Below are positions 51,698-61,709 of a stretch of DNA of 64,000 nucleotides, piece after piece. Within the stretch, counting starts at the first letter, position 1. The number at the start of each line of letters is the position of its first letter. The notes beneath the pieces are model-generated. The model was not told the origin of the DNA. It worked only from the letters and a program-made list of their open reading frames with translations, and did no database searches. A program made the position numbers and the translations under genes. The stretch lies in the sequence record SRR22947727_4282. One strand, given 5' to 3'.

Positions 51698-52639
51698 CTA
51701 TAAACGTCCAATACGCTCTGTAATTAACTCAAAAAAACCATCCGCGTCTAAATCACCTATAAATGTGGCGTTTGCGGGCCTTTCGCTTACCCGCCACCAA
51801 TCAGCCACTGTCATCCCGCGGGTCAATTCAGATTGGGTTTCAATCATCACATTGATGTGACGGCCCGAGAACAGCTGAGGGCGCAGCAAATAGGCGGTTA
51901 CGCATGGATCGTGCAACGGCGCGCCAGCGCTGCCATATTTCTCTTTGTCAAAACGTTCAAAAAAATCTGTCATATCCGCCACCGCTCTGCCGGCCGGCGT
52001 GTTTAAGTTGCGAAACGCATCATTGCGATCATTAGTAACCAATGCCTTATGCGTCACATCAAGCGGCAACACTACAATGGGCGCGCCTGATTTAAACACA
52101 ATATCAGCGGCTTCTGGGTCAACATAAATGTTAAATTCTGCGGTTGGTGTTATATTGCCAACCTCAAAATAGGCCCCGCCCATAAGCACAATTTCCTGCA
52201 CCCTTGGAATGATATCAGGCGCCTTTTGAAACGCAGTGGCAATATTGGTTAGAGGTCCCAACGGGCAGAGGGTGATGGTATTAGACGCCGCCTCGCGCAG
52301 TGATTTGATGATAAAATCAACCGCGTGGTCATCCTGAAACGGCATTTTTGGATCGGCCAAACTTGGGCCATCCAAACCGGTTTTTCCATGGACATGCTCA
52401 GCGGTGACCAATTGCCGCCCGAGCGGGCGATCACAGCCTGCAAAGACCAGCATATCGGGTCGATTGGCCAATTCGCAAACGATCCGCGCATTTTTCTGCG
52501 TTAACTCTAACGGCACGTTGCCTGCAACCGCCGTAATACCAAGAACATCAAGCTCATCCGGGCTGCCCAAGGCCACCAAAATGGCCACTGCATCGTCTTG
52601 ACCAGGATCGGTATCAATAATGATTTTACGCTTTGTCAT
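51698..52639 (-). CDS. Nucleoside hydrolase (IUNH/Rih family)
   Basis: IIDTDPGQDDA, HGKTGL, GPLTN, AEFNIYVDPEAA, LHDP. Confidence 0.94.
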   Translation of the reverse strand: MTKRKIIIDTDPGQDDAVAILVALGSPDELDVLGITAVAGNVPLELTQKNARIVCELANRPDMLVFAGCDRPLGRQLVTAEHVHGKTGLDGPSLADPKMPFQDDHAVDFIIKSLREAASNTITLCPLGPLTNIATAFQKAPDIIPRVQEIVLMGGAYFEVGNITPTAEFNIYVDPEAADIVFKSGAPIVVLPLDVTHKALVTNDRNDAFRNLNTPAGRAVADMTDFFERFDKEKYGSAGAPLHDPCVTAYLLRPQLFSGRHINVMIETQSELTRGMTVADWWRVSERPANATFIGDLDADGFFELITERIGRL

Positions 52640-52829
52640 AATTTTTCCAATTGTTGGCTTATCAAGATAGACTGGTGTTGGCTTTAAGGGCAAGGCGGAA
52701 TGCTACAGGGTGTCACAGCTTGACAGCGCGAAAGGTTAAATTACACCCGAACGGTTGCCGCGTTCACAACAGGGGCCGGACATATCCGTTTGTTGCAGTC
52801 AATTGGGTTCGGGGCGCTATCAGCGCTCA

Positions 52830-52865
52830 TTAGGGTTAGGCTTAGGCTTAGGCTTAGGCTTAGGC
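52830..52865. repeat. Hexanucleotide tandem repeat TTAGGG(TTAGGC)5
   Basis: Read directly from the sequence; the last unit overlaps the final codon and stop of mazG. Confidence 0.95.
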
Positions 52866-53687
52866 TTTGTTGCTTTTTTCTTGTGCTTTCGCCTCTTCCC
52901 AAAACGCGTCCATTTCGGTCAGGCTGCTGCTTTGTGGCGTCTTTCCTAATTTGTTTAGCTCATTTTCAATATGCCTGAAACGGCGGGTGAATTTCGCGTT
53001 TGCTTGGCGCAGCGCGTCTTCGGGATCAATATTTAAATGCCGCCCTAAATTTACCATTACGAATAATAAATCGCCATATTCTTCCGCCATATGGGCCTGA
53101 TCTGACGTGCTCTGTGCCTCAACCAACTCGGCCGCTTCTTCTTTGATTTTTTCCAAAACATGCCCAATTTCGGGCCAGTCAAACCCCACCCGCGCGGCGC
53201 GTTTTTGCAATTTAACCGCCCGCATTAATGCGGGCAACGCCAAGGCCACATCGTCTAAAGCGCCTGATTTGGCTTTGCTGAGCCGCTCGGCCGCTTTCAG
53301 CTTTTCCCAATCTTGCGTTTGTTCTACGCTGGATTTATCGCGGCTTTCATCAGCGAACACATGCGGATGCCTGCGTAGCATTTTATCGCTGATCCCATTA
53401 GCGATATCATCAAAGTTAAACAATTTTTCTTCTTCAGCGATTTGCGCGTGATAGACCGCCTGGAGCAATAAATCGCCCAACTCATCTCGCAAATCATCCC
53501 AATCTTTGCGGGCAATTGCATCTGCCACTTCATAGGCCTCTTCCACCGTGTAAGGGGCGATGCTTTCAAAGCTTTGCTCAATATCCCACGGGCATCCGGT
53601 TTTTGGATCGCGCAGCGCGCGCATGATTTCCAAAAGCCGCGGCATACCCCCTGTGGGATCAGAAATAATATTTTTATCAAAGCCCAT
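52860..53687 (-). CDS. mazG: Nucleoside triphosphate pyrophosphohydrolase MazG
   Basis: GCPWD..Q, EEAYEV, ELGDLL, RRHPHVF, GFDW, EEYGDLLF, KFTRRF. Confidence 0.96.
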   Translation of the reverse strand: MGFDKNIISDPTGGMPRLLEIMRALRDPKTGCPWDIEQSFESIAPYTVEEAYEVADAIARKDWDDLRDELGDLLLQAVYHAQIAEEEKLFNFDDIANGISDKMLRRHPHVFADESRDKSSVEQTQDWEKLKAAERLSKAKSGALDDVALALPALMRAVKLQKRAARVGFDWPEIGHVLEKIKEEAAELVEAQSTSDQAHMAEEYGDLLFVMVNLGRHLNIDPEDALRQANAKFTRRFRHIENELNKLGKTPQSSSLTEMDAFWEEAKAQEKSNKA

Positions 53688-53749
53688 TGCGTGCCTTTCA
53701 TTCTTACTATCTGATGTTGTTTAAACCCTGCCTCAGAGGAGATAACAAG

Positions 53750-54913
53750 ATGCCGGTGATTAATCGCATTGCCGCCTTTGCCGATAATATGAAAGGCTGG
53801 AGGCGGCATTTGCACCAGATGCCCGAATTGGGGCTTGAATGCCATAAAACTGCGGCATTTGTCGCCGATAAGCTTGGCGCGTTTGGAATTTCTGAAATCC
53901 ATCAAGGCATTGCAAAAACTGGGATCGTTGCGATTATTGAAGGGCAGGCTCCTGGTCCAACAATTGGCTTGCGTGCGGACATGGACGCGTTGCCTCTCAG
54001 TGAAGAAACGGGCGTTGACTGGGGCTCAAAAGAGCCGGGAAAAATGCACGCTTGCGGGCATGATGGGCATACAACAATGTTGCTGGGAGCAGCAAAATAT
54101 CTGGCGGAAACACGCAATTTTAAAGGCCGGGTGGCGTTGATTTTTCAACCGGATGAAGAACAAAATGGCGGCGCCGAAATTATGGTGAATGAAGGTATCT
54201 TGGATCGGTTCGAAATTGACCAGGTTTACGGGATTCACAATGCGCCCGGGCATCCTTTGGGCAGTTTTTATACGATGCCGGGCCCGATTATGGCAGGGGC
54301 TGATAATTTTGACATTCACATCTCAGGCCAAGGTGGCCACGGTGCGTATCCTCAAGATACCAAAGACCCAGTGATTGCGGCGGTGGGCATCGCCCAAGCT
54401 TTACAAATGATTGTCAGTAGAAATGCGCGGGCATTTGACCAACTTGTGGTTTCGGTCACCCAGATTCACAGCGGCACTGTTGGAAATATTATACCGCAAA
54501 CCGCTTTTCTAAATGGCACGGTTCGAACGTTTGACCCTGAAGTTCAACATATGGTGAAAAGTCGTATGGCCGAGATTGTTGCAGGGCAGGCGGCTAGCTA
54601 TGGCGTTGACGCGCGTCTTGTCTATGAAGAAGGCTATCCCCCCACAATCAACGATCCAGAGAAGGCTGCATTTGCGGCCAATGTGGCGCGCCAAGTGGCT
54701 GCTGATGGGATTGTTTTAGAAAATGCAGGGCAGGAAATGGGCGCTGAAGATTTTAGCTACATGCTTCAAAAGCGCCCGGGTGCCTATCTGTTTCTTGGGA
54801 TCGGAGAGGCCGCTGGCTTGCACAGCCCAAATTATGATTTTAACGATGATGCGGCACCTTATGGTGCGTCGTTTTTTGCGCGTTTGGTGGAAAATGCCCA
54901 ACCTTTAGGGTAA
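53750..54913 (+). CDS. M20D amidohydrolase (hippurate hydrolase-like)
   Basis: RRHLH..PEL, RADMDAL, MHACGHDGH, FQPDEE, GGHGA, EDF, LHSP.YDF. Confidence 0.92.
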   Translation: MPVINRIAAFADNMKGWRRHLHQMPELGLECHKTAAFVADKLGAFGISEIHQGIAKTGIVAIIEGQAPGPTIGLRADMDALPLSEETGVDWGSKEPGKMHACGHDGHTTMLLGAAKYLAETRNFKGRVALIFQPDEEQNGGAEIMVNEGILDRFEIDQVYGIHNAPGHPLGSFYTMPGPIMAGADNFDIHISGQGGHGAYPQDTKDPVIAAVGIAQALQMIVSRNARAFDQLVVSVTQIHSGTVGNIIPQTAFLNGTVRTFDPEVQHMVKSRMAEIVAGQAASYGVDARLVYEEGYPPTINDPEKAAFAANVARQVAADGIVLENAGQEMGAEDFSYMLQKRPGAYLFLGIGEAAGLHSPNYDFNDDAAPYGASFFARLVENAQPLG

Positions 54914-54953
54914 TCTTGCCGCCCGTTCATGACTCAAGAAAAGGAACTTTATT

Positions 54954-55913
54954 ATGGCGCTAAGCGAGTCAAAAACTCAGATAGATCACGCGTTTACCCG
55001 CCAAGACGATAAAGGGCTTAGTTTTGAGAACGCGTTTGGCGGCGCCACGTCATTTTTACGGCGGCGGTATACAAAAGATCTAAGCGGGGTCGATCTGGCT
55101 GTTACCGGAATTCCTTTTGACCAGGCCGTCACCAATCGCCCCGGCGCGAGGTTTGGCCCACGCGCCATTCGGGAGGCCAGCAGCTTACAGCCCTTTGACC
55201 CGCCCTACGGATGGGACTTTGATCCAATGAGCTTGTTTAGCATCGTAGATTATGGCGATTTAGCATTTGATTATGCCGATGTGGCCGCTTTTCCGAAACG
55301 TTTAAAGCAGCATATTGAAACGATCTTGAAAGCGGATGTGGCCAGTATTGCTTTAGGCGGCGATCATTACATCAGTTTTCCGATTTTGCAGGCTTACGCT
55401 GAAAAATATGGTCCGCTTTCCTTGCTGCAATTTGATGCGCATTCTGATACATGGCCAGATGATCAAATGGACCGCATTGACCACGGTACTATGTTTTACA
55501 AAGCTGTGAAGCTTGGCTTAATTGATCCTGAGACCTCGGTTCAAGTGGGCATTCGTACGCATAATGCGGATACGCTTGGCGTTCATATTATCGATGCGCG
55601 CGCGGTTGAAGAGATGGGCGCGGCAGCGGTTGCTCAAAAAATTAAAGCAATTTTAGGAAATAAGCCCACCTATCTTAGTTTTGATATTGATTGTCTTGAT
55701 CCTGCATTTGCCCCGGGAACTGGCACGCCGGTTTGGGGGGGGCTATCCTCGCGGCAGGCGGCCTCAATTCTACGCGATATCGCGGGAATCAATATGGTGG
55801 GGGGCGATGTGGTGGAGGTGTCTCCGCAATATGATACCAGCGGCGCGACTGCGATTGCCGGGGCACATGTGGCTCTTGAATTGATTTGCATTTGGGCCGC
55901 AACGCGCGTTTGA
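54954..55913 (+). CDS. speB: Agmatinase (ureohydrolase family)
   Basis: [40 protein letters not shown]. Confidence 0.9.
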   Translation: MALSESKTQIDHAFTRQDDKGLSFENAFGGATSFLRRRYTKDLSGVDLAVTGIPFDQAVTNRPGARFGPRAIREASSLQPFDPPYGWDFDPMSLFSIVDYGDLAFDYADVAAFPKRLKQHIETILKADVASIALGGDHYISFPILQAYAEKYGPLSLLQFDAHSDTWPDDQMDRIDHGTMFYKAVKLGLIDPETSVQVGIRTHNADTLGVHIIDARAVEEMGAAAVAQKIKAILGNKPTYLSFDIDCLDPAFAPGTGTPVWGGLSSRQAASILRDIAGINMVGGDVVEVSPQYDTSGATAIAGAHVALELICIWAATRV

Positions 55914-55951
55914 CTAACCCCTGCAGCTTTGATTTTCGAGGCAGAACAGCC

Positions 55952-55980
55952 CTTGACCTGCGGCAGGGAATATATCACAT
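55952..55980 (+). promoter_or_regulatory. Putative sigma70 promoter of prfA (leaderless geometry)
   Basis: CTTGAC-N17-TCACAT, 7 nt before ATG 55988; no SD. Confidence 0.55.
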
Positions 55981-55987
55981 CTCAGCC

Positions 55988-57043
55988 ATGGTACCTGTCG
56001 ATAAATTACAATTGATCCAGCAACGCTTTCAGTATCTGGAAGCCAAAATGAATGATGGCGTATCCGGGGATGAAATTGCCAAACTGGGTCGCGAATATTC
56101 TGATTTAAAGCCCGTTATAGACAGTATTGAAGAATATTTTCAGACGCTTGAAGAGGTGCAAGACGCAACAGACATGCTGGAAGATCCAGATATGCGAGGC
56201 TTGGCAGAAGAAGAATTGCCGCGTTTAAAAGCGCGCTTGCCAAAACTTGAAAGTGAATTACAGCTGGCTTTGTTGCCCAAAGATGCCGCAGATGCCCGCC
56301 CTGCGATCATCGAAATCAGGCCCGGAACGGGGGGCGAAGAAGCCGCTTTATTCGCGGGTGATCTGTTGCGGATGTATCAACGGTATTGCGATACACGCGG
56401 GTGGAATTTTGAAATCATCGAAGAGCAACAAACCGAATTGGGTGGCATCAAAGAGGTTGTTGCGCATGTGAAGGGCGAAGCTGTATTTGCTCGGCTCAAA
56501 TATGAAAGTGGCGTGCACCGGGTGCAACGCGTGCCAGAAACGGAAAGCGGCGGGCGCATTCACACCTCGGCTGCCACCGTTGCTGTGCTTCCCGAGGCCG
56601 AAGATGTTGATATTCAAATTTCTTCGAATGATCTTCGCATTGATACGATGCGCAGTTCAGGGGCAGGGGGGCAGCATGTCAACACCACCGATTCTGCCGT
56701 ACGGATCACGCATCTGCCGACAGGGCTGGTGGTTACCAGTTCTGAAAAATCGCAGCATCGCAATCGAGAAATCGCCATGCAGGTGTTGAAAACCCGCTTA
56801 TATGACCTCGAGCGTCAGCGCGTGGATGGTGAGCGTTCGGCAGATCGCAAATCTCAGGTGGGATCAGGCGATCGCTCAGAGCGTATTCGTACCTATAATT
56901 TTCCGCAGGGGCGGATGTCGGACCATCGGATAAATTTGACGTTATACAAACTTGATCAAGTTATGCAGGGCGATCTTGATGAAATGATTGATGCGCTTGT
57001 CGCGGATGCGCAGGCCAATTTGCTGGCCGAGCTCAACGCATGA
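55988..57043 (+). CDS. prfA: Peptide chain release factor 1
   Basis: [20 protein letters not shown] (PxT), [13 protein letters not shown]. Confidence 0.97.
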   Translation: MVPVDKLQLIQQRFQYLEAKMNDGVSGDEIAKLGREYSDLKPVIDSIEEYFQTLEEVQDATDMLEDPDMRGLAEEELPRLKARLPKLESELQLALLPKDAADARPAIIEIRPGTGGEEAALFAGDLLRMYQRYCDTRGWNFEIIEEQQTELGGIKEVVAHVKGEAVFARLKYESGVHRVQRVPETESGGRIHTSAATVAVLPEAEDVDIQISSNDLRIDTMRSSGAGGQHVNTTDSAVRITHLPTGLVVTSSEKSQHRNREIAMQVLKTRLYDLERQRVDGERSADRKSQVGSGDRSERIRTYNFPQGRMSDHRINLTLYKLDQVMQGDLDEMIDALVADAQANLLAELNA

Positions 57044-57879
57044 TATTACGCGACCTGTTGACCCTGGGCCAGCAAAAACTCAAATTAGCACATATTGACA
57101 CTGCGGGGCGGGATGCGCGCCTTTTGGCGGCAGCCGCAATGGAGATAAGCACGGCGCAAGTCACGCTGAAAGCCTTGGATTATGTATCAAAACAGCAGCA
57201 AGATCATTTTGAAAGCATGATTGAGCAACGGCGCAACTTTAAGCCTGTCTCGCGGATTTTGGGGAAACGGCAGTTTTGGAACCGTTGGTTTGAGATATCC
57301 CCCGATGTTCTGGATCCACGAGGGGATAGCGAGGTGCTTGTTAATTTGGCGCTGCAACAGAAGGCGGATCGCATTTTGGACCTTGGAACGGGCAGCGGTA
57401 TCTTGGCGCTGACTCTGTTATCTGAATGGCCGGACGCACTGGCCGTTGGCGTCGATATTTGTGAAAAAGCCCTTCTTATCGCGCAAAGGAACGCAGTGCA
57501 GCTTGAGGTTTCCGATCGGTTTCAAGCGCAAAAAAGCGATTGGTTTGAGGCTGTAAGCGGGCAATTCGATCTTATCGTGTCCAACCCTCCTTATATTGGA
57601 GAGGATGAGATCCCTCATCTAGATCCCGATGTGCGGCTTTACGATCCAATGATTGCGCTCAGCCCGGGGCGTGATGCGTTGCAAGCCTATCAAAACATTG
57701 CAAGCGATGCGATCGGTTATCTTAAACCAGGTGGGCGCTTATTGGTTGAAATTGGATTTCGGCAAGGCGAGGCGGTACGTGCATTATTTGCCTCAAACGG
57801 GCTTAAGTCGGTTGAAACAATCCAAGATCTAAATGGGCTAGATCGGGTTGTCTGCGCGATAAAGGCCAAAACCGTTTAA
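57040..57879 (+). CDS. prmC: Release factor glutamine methyltransferase
   Basis: [17 protein letters not shown]-coupled to prfA. Confidence 0.95.
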   Translation: MILRDLLTLGQQKLKLAHIDTAGRDARLLAAAAMEISTAQVTLKALDYVSKQQQDHFESMIEQRRNFKPVSRILGKRQFWNRWFEISPDVLDPRGDSEVLVNLALQQKADRILDLGTGSGILALTLLSEWPDALAVGVDICEKALLIAQRNAVQLEVSDRFQAQKSDWFEAVSGQFDLIVSNPPYIGEDEIPHLDPDVRLYDPMIALSPGRDALQAYQNIASDAIGYLKPGGRLLVEIGFRQGEAVRALFASNGLKSVETIQDLNGLDRVVCAIKAKTV

Positions 57880-58082
57880 ATTTTTAGCCAAAATTAAGAA
57901 AATTCGTGGATTTTTTTAATATTCCCTTGTCACCAACGTAGCGGTAAGGTTAAACACACACATTGTGATCAGAAACATGTGGTTTCTGTCGTATCATAGC
58001 CCGCATCGCTTTTGGCAACTGTCTCTGATAGAAAATCAACGCTGCATAACATTAAGAATGAATGAAGGCTGGAAAGCTACCT

Positions 58083-58652
58083 ATGAGATCATCTAAACCC
58101 CGTTCGCGGTCTAAGCAAAATCGCAACCGTTCCGTTGGTAATGTCGTAAATCGCGTGTTCGATAGCTCAGGGCCGGAAGGCAAAGTGCGTGGAACACCGC
58201 AGCAAATTATTGAAAAATATAATCAATTGGCGCGTGATGCTCAATTAAGCAATGATCGGGTTGCGGCAGAAAACTTCCAACAGCATGCCGAACATTATTT
58301 ACGCCTCCTGGGCGAAGCACAGCGCGAGCAAGACGCACGCCGCGAACAGCAAGAGCGTGAGAACCGTGAACGCCAGGCAGAACGCGATCGCGAACGTCAA
58401 GAACGCCAAGAAGATGCTTCGCACACCGCTGTCGAGCCTAATGGCTTCAGTGCTGCGGCGCATGAAGAGGAACAACCAGACGTTTCGAGCATGCCGATCG
58501 TGGATGATGATGCGGGTTTAGCACCACCTTTTCAACCTGATCAGCCGAGTGAGGCGCAAGCGCTAAAGCCAGCGCGCAAACCCCGCGCTCCGCGTAAGCC
58601 CCGGGCGCCCAAGCCCGCCCCAACTGTAGATGCAGCGCCAGAAGTTGATTGA
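58083..58652 (+). CDS. DUF4167-family protein
   Basis: NRVFDSSGPEGKVRGTPQQIIEKY..LARDA....DRV.AENF.QHAEHY.R followed by a low-complexity tail. Confidence 0.9.
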   Translation: MRSSKPRSRSKQNRNRSVGNVVNRVFDSSGPEGKVRGTPQQIIEKYNQLARDAQLSNDRVAAENFQQHAEHYLRLLGEAQREQDARREQQERENRERQAERDRERQERQEDASHTAVEPNGFSAAAHEEEQPDVSSMPIVDDDAGLAPPFQPDQPSEAQALKPARKPRAPRKPRAPKPAPTVDAAPEVD

Positions 58653-58675
58653 AACTTTTTGAGGCAAAGAGTGAA

Positions 58676-59548
58676 TTAGGCTTGCGGTGTGCTGTGGCTG
58701 CCATAGGCGGCTTCCAACTGTCGCGCCAAAGCGCAAAACCCTTCTAACGAAACTTGTTCTGCGCGTTCCGTTGGGCTAAGCCCAGCTGCTTTTAAATGAT
58801 CTTCAATTTCAGGGCTTAGCCCCTTTAAGGCAGAGCGTAGCATTTTGCGCCGTTGATTGAAGGCGGCCGCCACAAGGCTTTCTAAAACCTTCTGATTGGC
58901 CTCGTAGCGCGGCGCTGGCAATGCCTCAAGATGAATAACTGCGCTGGAAACTTTGGGGGGCGGCGTAAACGCATCCGGGGACAAGTTGAGTACAATTTTT
59001 ACCTCGCTGCGCCATTGAGCCAGAATGGCAAGCCGCCCATAGGCCTTGCTGCCGGGCTGGGCCACGATCCTTTGCGCGACCTCTTTTTGAAACATTAGGG
59101 TGAGGCTTTTCCAAAAAGGCGGCCAATTGGGAGGCGTAAGCCAGCGTATAAGCAGCTCGGTTCCTACATTATAAGGAAGGTTGGAGATTATTCTGATCGG
59201 ACCCGTCAAATACTGGGTAGGATCAAGGCGAAGCGCATCTTCATTGATCACTTGCAACCGGCCTGGAAACGCTTTTTCAATTTCCTCCAGAGCTGGCAGG
59301 CAGCGATTGTCTTTTTCAATGGCTAATATCTTACGTGCACCCTCACTTAATAAGCCGCGGGTCAAACCACCGGGGCCGGGACCAATTTCCAAAATGTCAC
59401 AAGCGCTTAAATCGCCGGCTTGGCGGGCAATTTTTGCGGTTAGGTTAAGGTCGAGTAGAAAATTCTGTCCGAGTGATTTTCGGGCGGTCAATTGATGGGC
59501 TGTGATGACCTCTCGCAATGGGGGTAAATTATCGATTGTACTCATCAC
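58676..59548 (-). CDS. rsmA: 16S rRNA dimethyladenosine transferase
   Basis: [32 protein letters not shown]. Confidence 0.96.
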   Translation of the reverse strand: MMSTIDNLPPLREVITAHQLTARKSLGQNFLLDLNLTAKIARQAGDLSACDILEIGPGPGGLTRGLLSEGARKILAIEKDNRCLPALEEIEKAFPGRLQVINEDALRLDPTQYLTGPIRIISNLPYNVGTELLIRWLTPPNWPPFWKSLTLMFQKEVAQRIVAQPGSKAYGRLAILAQWRSEVKIVLNLSPDAFTPPPKVSSAVIHLEALPAPRYEANQKVLESLVAAAFNQRRKMLRSALKGLSPEIEDHLKAAGLSPTERAEQVSLEGFCALARQLEAAYGSHSTPQA

Positions 59549-60510
59549 TTCTGCCCCAATTCTTCAGCCAAGCGCAAAGCAGCGACGCAAGAGTTTGGAT
59601 TGGCGATGCCGCTGCCGGCAATATCCAAGGCCGTGCCATGATCAGGAGAGGTTCTTATGAAGGGAAGACCCAGTGTTAAATTCACGCCTTGATCAAAATC
59701 CAACGTTTTAATCGGAATTAGCGCTTGATCATGATACATTGCAATCGCCGCATCATAATTTTGTCGAGCGGCCGCATGAAAAAGCGTATCGGCCGAATGC
59801 GGCCCGGTTAGGATCGCCGGCTGACCATTCAGCCTTTCAAGAATGGGCGTTATTAAATCTAGATCTTCTCTGCCCATTTTACCCCCTTCACCGGCATGTG
59901 GGTTTAACCCCGCCACCGCAATCCGTGGCGTTTGAATTTTGAAATGATCTTTGAGACCTTGAGCAGTAATTTGAATTGTTTTGGTCAGTAAGGCTGGCGT
60001 CAGCTGCCGGCTGACTTCGGATAATGGAATATGTATCGTTGCGGGTACAACCCTTAAAGACGGGCCCACCAGCATCATCACAACATCTTTGACATTTGCC
60101 AAATCGGCCAGAAATTCAGTATGGCCCGGATATTGAAACGCCGCGCCGTCTTGCAGATTTTTTTTATGTATTGGTGCCGTGCAAATGCCTGCCACTTGAT
60201 GCGCTTTTGCAAACTGCACAGCGCGATCAATCACGTTGATCACATCCTGTGCATTGCGGGGATCAAGCACCCCCGAACTGGCCAAAGCGGTAAACGTATG
60301 CGGCAAAACAGGCAAGCCTGTTTGCATCGCCGCCGCGGCATCGCTGGGGTTGGATATTTCAACGAAGTGGGACCCAGCCGGCAAGTGGCGCGGGTCTCCA
60401 ATCCAAAAGAACACCAGCTCATTCCTGAGAATATTCCAGGCCTTGACCGCCAGTTCAGGGCCAATGCCGGCTGGATCTCCACTTGTCAGAGCGATTGGCG
60501 TGCGGGTCAT
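59545..60510 (-). CDS. pdxA: 4-hydroxythreonine-4-phosphate dehydrogenase
   Basis: [34 protein letters not shown]. Confidence 0.96.
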   Translation of the reverse strand: MTRTPIALTSGDPAGIGPELAVKAWNILRNELVFFWIGDPRHLPAGSHFVEISNPSDAAAAMQTGLPVLPHTFTALASSGVLDPRNAQDVINVIDRAVQFAKAHQVAGICTAPIHKKNLQDGAAFQYPGHTEFLADLANVKDVVMMLVGPSLRVVPATIHIPLSEVSRQLTPALLTKTIQITAQGLKDHFKIQTPRIAVAGLNPHAGEGGKMGREDLDLITPILERLNGQPAILTGPHSADTLFHAAARQNYDAAIAMYHDQALIPIKTLDFDQGVNLTLGLPFIRTSPDHGTALDIAGSGIANPNSCVAALRLAEELGQK

Positions 60511-61706
60511 TTCTTGATTATACGCGCGTCTTGGCGTAGGTTCTCTAGATATCCGGCGGCGAAACTCTCTAACCTTTTATTGCGCAGGCCAGTTCGAATA
60601 GCATCGAGATTCTGCGATGTTTGAGAGGCCATATCTGTTCGTGCGCATAACATCACTAATATGCTCTTACCGCTTTTGGAAAAGAAATATTTTTCATGTC
60701 GGTCAAGAAGGCTTAACATTTCAGCCAACTCGGTTTGGATTTTTTTTGCGGGCGTGCTTTTGCGCAAAAGCACGTGCGTTGGTGATCGTTCGGCTTCTGC
60801 ATAAAGGTCATCGCAATGCACAATTTTCGTTTTGAGATGCTGCAATGTGTCAAGGTCGGATTGCTCAAATTCATAGGTTAGATAATCAATTGTACCAGAG
60901 GATGAGAATGCATATCCCGTTTCTTCTATCGCCCGAAGTTGAAACAGGGCCACAGCGTTTTGCACGCGTAAAGGCTCGGTGACCTCGCCAGGTGCCAAGC
61001 CAAATATCAAGGGCTTCAAAACCACCGGCAGGTTGTTTAAATCCTGCCATGTGACGCGGCCACCCATATCACGCGAGGGAGCGGCAGAATATCGTTTTGC
61101 TGCTTTCGAAAAAGCGTCAAACCCAGTCAGGTTTTTTATGGCCTCTGCCGTTTCAAGCGTTTGCTCCTCTTGCCCCGGCAGAAGCGGCAAAATGATTTCA
61201 GACAATAAAACGCGCACGTTTGACCCATCGCCCGCGCTTTGAACCGCCCTTTGAAGTTGTTCATCCGTAACGCGGCTGCGCGCGCCAAACTTGGCTTGTA
61301 CTACGTAGCGCCACAAAAGAGAGGTTTTGATGAATTGCTCAAATGCGGTTCTATCGATACCCAGTTTGGCTAATTCTTTTACAAATCTAACAGCATTCAA
61401 GTTCGCTCGTGCCGCAAATTCCTCAATTCCAGCTTGCAGTTCCGCCTCTGTAATAACGATAGACAGCTCGGCGGCAGCCGACTGCTTGAGACTATCTTCG
61501 ATAAGTTGCGTTCGCGCTACAGATTTTGGGTTGCCAGGCACGTTCAAGACCTGAAGCAGCCGCGCCCTCTGTGTTGTTTGATAATGAGTAATAATCTCTC
61601 CATCGACCACAATTGCTGGCGAAAACGGATTGTTTGCTGATACTTTTTGCGGCGAAAAACTTACAGCAGCAAAAAACGTGAGAATGATTAATAGCAGGTT
61701 GTTCAT
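60507..61706 (-). CDS. surA: SurA-like peptidyl-prolyl isomerase/chaperone
   Basis: Signal peptide, SurA N-domain, parvulin-like segment (F..AA..YS..PS...GG); lptD-surA-pdxA-rsmA order. Confidence 0.85.
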   Translation of the reverse strand: MNNLLLIILTFFAAVSFSPQKVSANNPFSPAIVVDGEIITHYQTTQRARLLQVLNVPGNPKSVARTQLIEDSLKQSAAAELSIVITEAELQAGIEEFAARANLNAVRFVKELAKLGIDRTAFEQFIKTSLLWRYVVQAKFGARSRVTDEQLQRAVQSAGDGSNVRVLLSEIILPLLPGQEEQTLETAEAIKNLTGFDAFSKAAKRYSAAPSRDMGGRVTWQDLNNLPVVLKPLIFGLAPGEVTEPLRVQNAVALFQLRAIEETGYAFSSSGTIDYLTYEFEQSDLDTLQHLKTKIVHCDDLYAEAERSPTHVLLRKSTPAKKIQTELAEMLSLLDRHEKYFFSKSGKSILVMLCARTDMASQTSQNLDAIRTGLRNKRLESFAAGYLENLRQDARIIKK

Positions 61707-61709
61707 ATC

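Noticed and set aside
52830..52865. Repeat as a CRISPR array, true telomere or eukaryotic contamination
   Set aside because: The unit is 6 bp with no spacers or cas genes. It is internal to continuous bacterial sequence and is built from mazG's own last codon and stop.
52755..52978. Short ORFs containing LGLGLG or RLRLRL runs
   Set aside because: These runs are translations of the TTAGGC repeat and overlap mazG antisense; no sign they are real proteins.
52860..53687. mazG as part of a mazEF toxin-antitoxin or anti-phage locus
   Set aside because: It is the two-domain housekeeping type, with no mazE/mazF or defence genes nearby.
58290..58625. ERQ/RE and KPRAPR repeats in DUF4167
   Set aside because: Ordinary low-complexity tail of this family; the nucleotide repeats are degenerate.
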